This document shows, one piece after another, positions 62,086 to 64,000 of a stretch of DNA of 64,000 nucleotides. The first letter of the stretch is position 1. The number at the start of each line of letters is the position of its first letter. The notes beneath the pieces were generated by a model. The model was not told the origin of the DNA, did no database searches, and worked only from the letters and a program-made list of their open reading frames with translations. Source of the DNA: Octopus vulgaris. Taxonomy: Eukaryota. The position numbers were made by a program, and so were the translations under genes. The stretch covers positions 60,946,001-61,010,000 of the forward strand of contig OX597814.1 in assembly GCA_951406725.2 (NCBI GenBank), given 5' to 3'.

Positions 62086-64000
62086 TCCAAGGCAACAAAC
62101 TGGCAGAACTGTTAGCATGCCAGGTGAAATGCTTAGTAGTATTTCGTCTGCCTTTACATTCTGAGTTCAAATTCCACCAAGGTGGACTTTACCTTTCGTC
62201 CTTTCAGTGTTGAAAAATGAAGTACCAGTTGTGTATTGGGTCGATCTAATCGACTAACCCCCTCTACCAAAATTTTGGGCCTTGTGCCTAGAGTAGAAAA
62301 GATCCTATTCATGTTTCCCCCTTTCATCATTTTCGTTTTTTATGCAACCTCTCTGGTGCTGCACTAATCCTTATGCCCAGGCATTCCTTCCCAGTATGCC
62401 ATCCCTCTGGAATCCCCACACACACACACACCTGTTCATGCTTTGCTTGAAGATGTTGACTTACAAAGCAGTGATTCTCAACCAAGACTTTGTTGTTAAA
62501 ATTTATCTGCAATAAATTTTAACAACAAAATAAATTTGTTATACTTCTACAATATCTTTTATCTTTTATCTCTTACTTGTTTCAATCATTAGACTGTGGC
62601 CATCTCCTTGAATAATTTGTAGCCGTACAAATCACCCCAGTACTTACTTTTAAGCCTGATACTTATTCTATTGGTCTCTTTGCCAAACTACTAAGTTACA
62701 GGGATGTAAACAAACCATCAATGGTTGCCAAGTGGGGATGGGAGACAAAAGCAGACACAAACACACACATATATACACATACACACGGTAGGCTTCCATC
62801 TACCGAATCCACTAACAAGACTTTGATTGACCCAAGGCTATAGAAGAAAACACTTGCCCAAGGTGGAACAGAACCCTTAACCATGTGGTTGGGAAGCTAG
62901 CTTCTTACCACACAGCCATACCTGCACCTAAAATACATGAAATATTTTCAGAATATTTTTTATCTAATTTCTTAATAATGTTTAATTATTAAAAAAATCT
63001 ACAATAGGATATTTTTAAACATCAAATGGCTCTGGGGATCCATCTGAGTAAAACAGGAATCAAAGAGGTCTATAGGAAAAAAATGGTTGAAAAGCACTGT
63101 GCTTAAGGGAACAGTAGTGACATAAATTTCCCTGTTCTTCGAAAACCTGTTAAAGCCAAAGGTACTGCTTCCTTTTTCCAGAGACAAGTGCAAACAAAGC
63201 AGAAAGCAAGTGAAAAAGTATGATCACTCTGAAGTGGTTTCCCATTCTGAAGATTAGAAAGCAGGAGTTGAACTCAGCACTGTTTTAAGGCCTCCATCAG
63301 CCAGAGTTAAACATGTATGTGCTCCAGTATGTGCAGGTCTGGGGCAAAGTTTATTTTGTATTATACTAGCAGTGGCTGATGCATGCAAAATTCTCTTCTC
63401 CATGCCACTAATGTTGTCCAAGAGAACGGCTAAACAAAGTCCAATAATAGACTTCAATGCTGTCACAGGCATTGCTGTCAGAATTTCAAAGAAGGGATAG
63501 AACAAGTACCACAAGATGTACCATCTATTTCTCTAAACTCTGCTGCCAGTCCATCAGCTTGGGCTCATAGTTTTTCTACCAACTCCAAAAGGATGAAGGG
63601 CAAAGTTGACCTTGGTTGTATTTGAACATAAAGCTCAGAGAGTTGGAACAATTACCATAAGGCATTTTATCCAATGCTGGAGTCACTCAGTTAATTCAGC
63701 ACCTTAACACTACAAGCTAACAAATACAGGAAATTCAACAATAAGGATGAGGTTGAAAGCAGGTGCAGGGATATTTTGTCTCAAAACCAGTCACATGGTA
63801 TAAGCATGGAATTGAGCTTCTGGCATAACAACGGTAACAAACAATACAATATGATGGGATATATTCTGATGAATAAATGCTTTTTATATGTAATTTGTTT
63901 GAACTATTAATTAAAGCTTAAAATATGAAACAAAATTTGACTCATCCTGGTATATACATATATATAGACTGATAGATAAATAGATAGACAGACAGATATC

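Noticed and set aside
63254-63514. 86-aa minus-strand ORF
   Set aside because: There is no recognisable domain, ATG start or splice structure.

Overview
This is AT-rich, microsatellite-dense animal DNA. The SINE and LINE content suggests a coleoid cephalopod such as Octopus (inference). It is mostly intronic or intergenic and packed with repeats. The only host coding exon I can identify confidently is the first coding exon of MLH1 (40175-40299, +). The centrepiece is a ~15.6-kb nested composite on the minus strand (23228-38860). It consists of a near-intact RTE-clade LINE whose reverse transcriptase carries an inserted PHD-type (C4HC3) zinc finger, preceded by ~573-bp tandem TATA-box 'monomers'. 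One monomer is interrupted by two head-to-tail, nearly identical, full-length Tx1-clade non-LTR retrotransposons. Both sit at the same 17-bp target (GTAGCGAGTGAATAGGG), whose edge lies 30 nt downstream of the TATA box, while the neighbouring monomer keeps the empty site. This looks like a site-specific retrotransposon that targets a promoter repeat, possibly the promoter of another retrotransposon. The window also has several Penelope-like terminal-repeat remnants with minimal hammerhead ribozymes (two with intact catalytic cores), decayed mariner/Tc1 elements, hAT and pogo-type MITEs, CR1-like fragments and many tRNA-derived SINEs. Only representative SINE copies are listed, and repeat boundaries are approximate.
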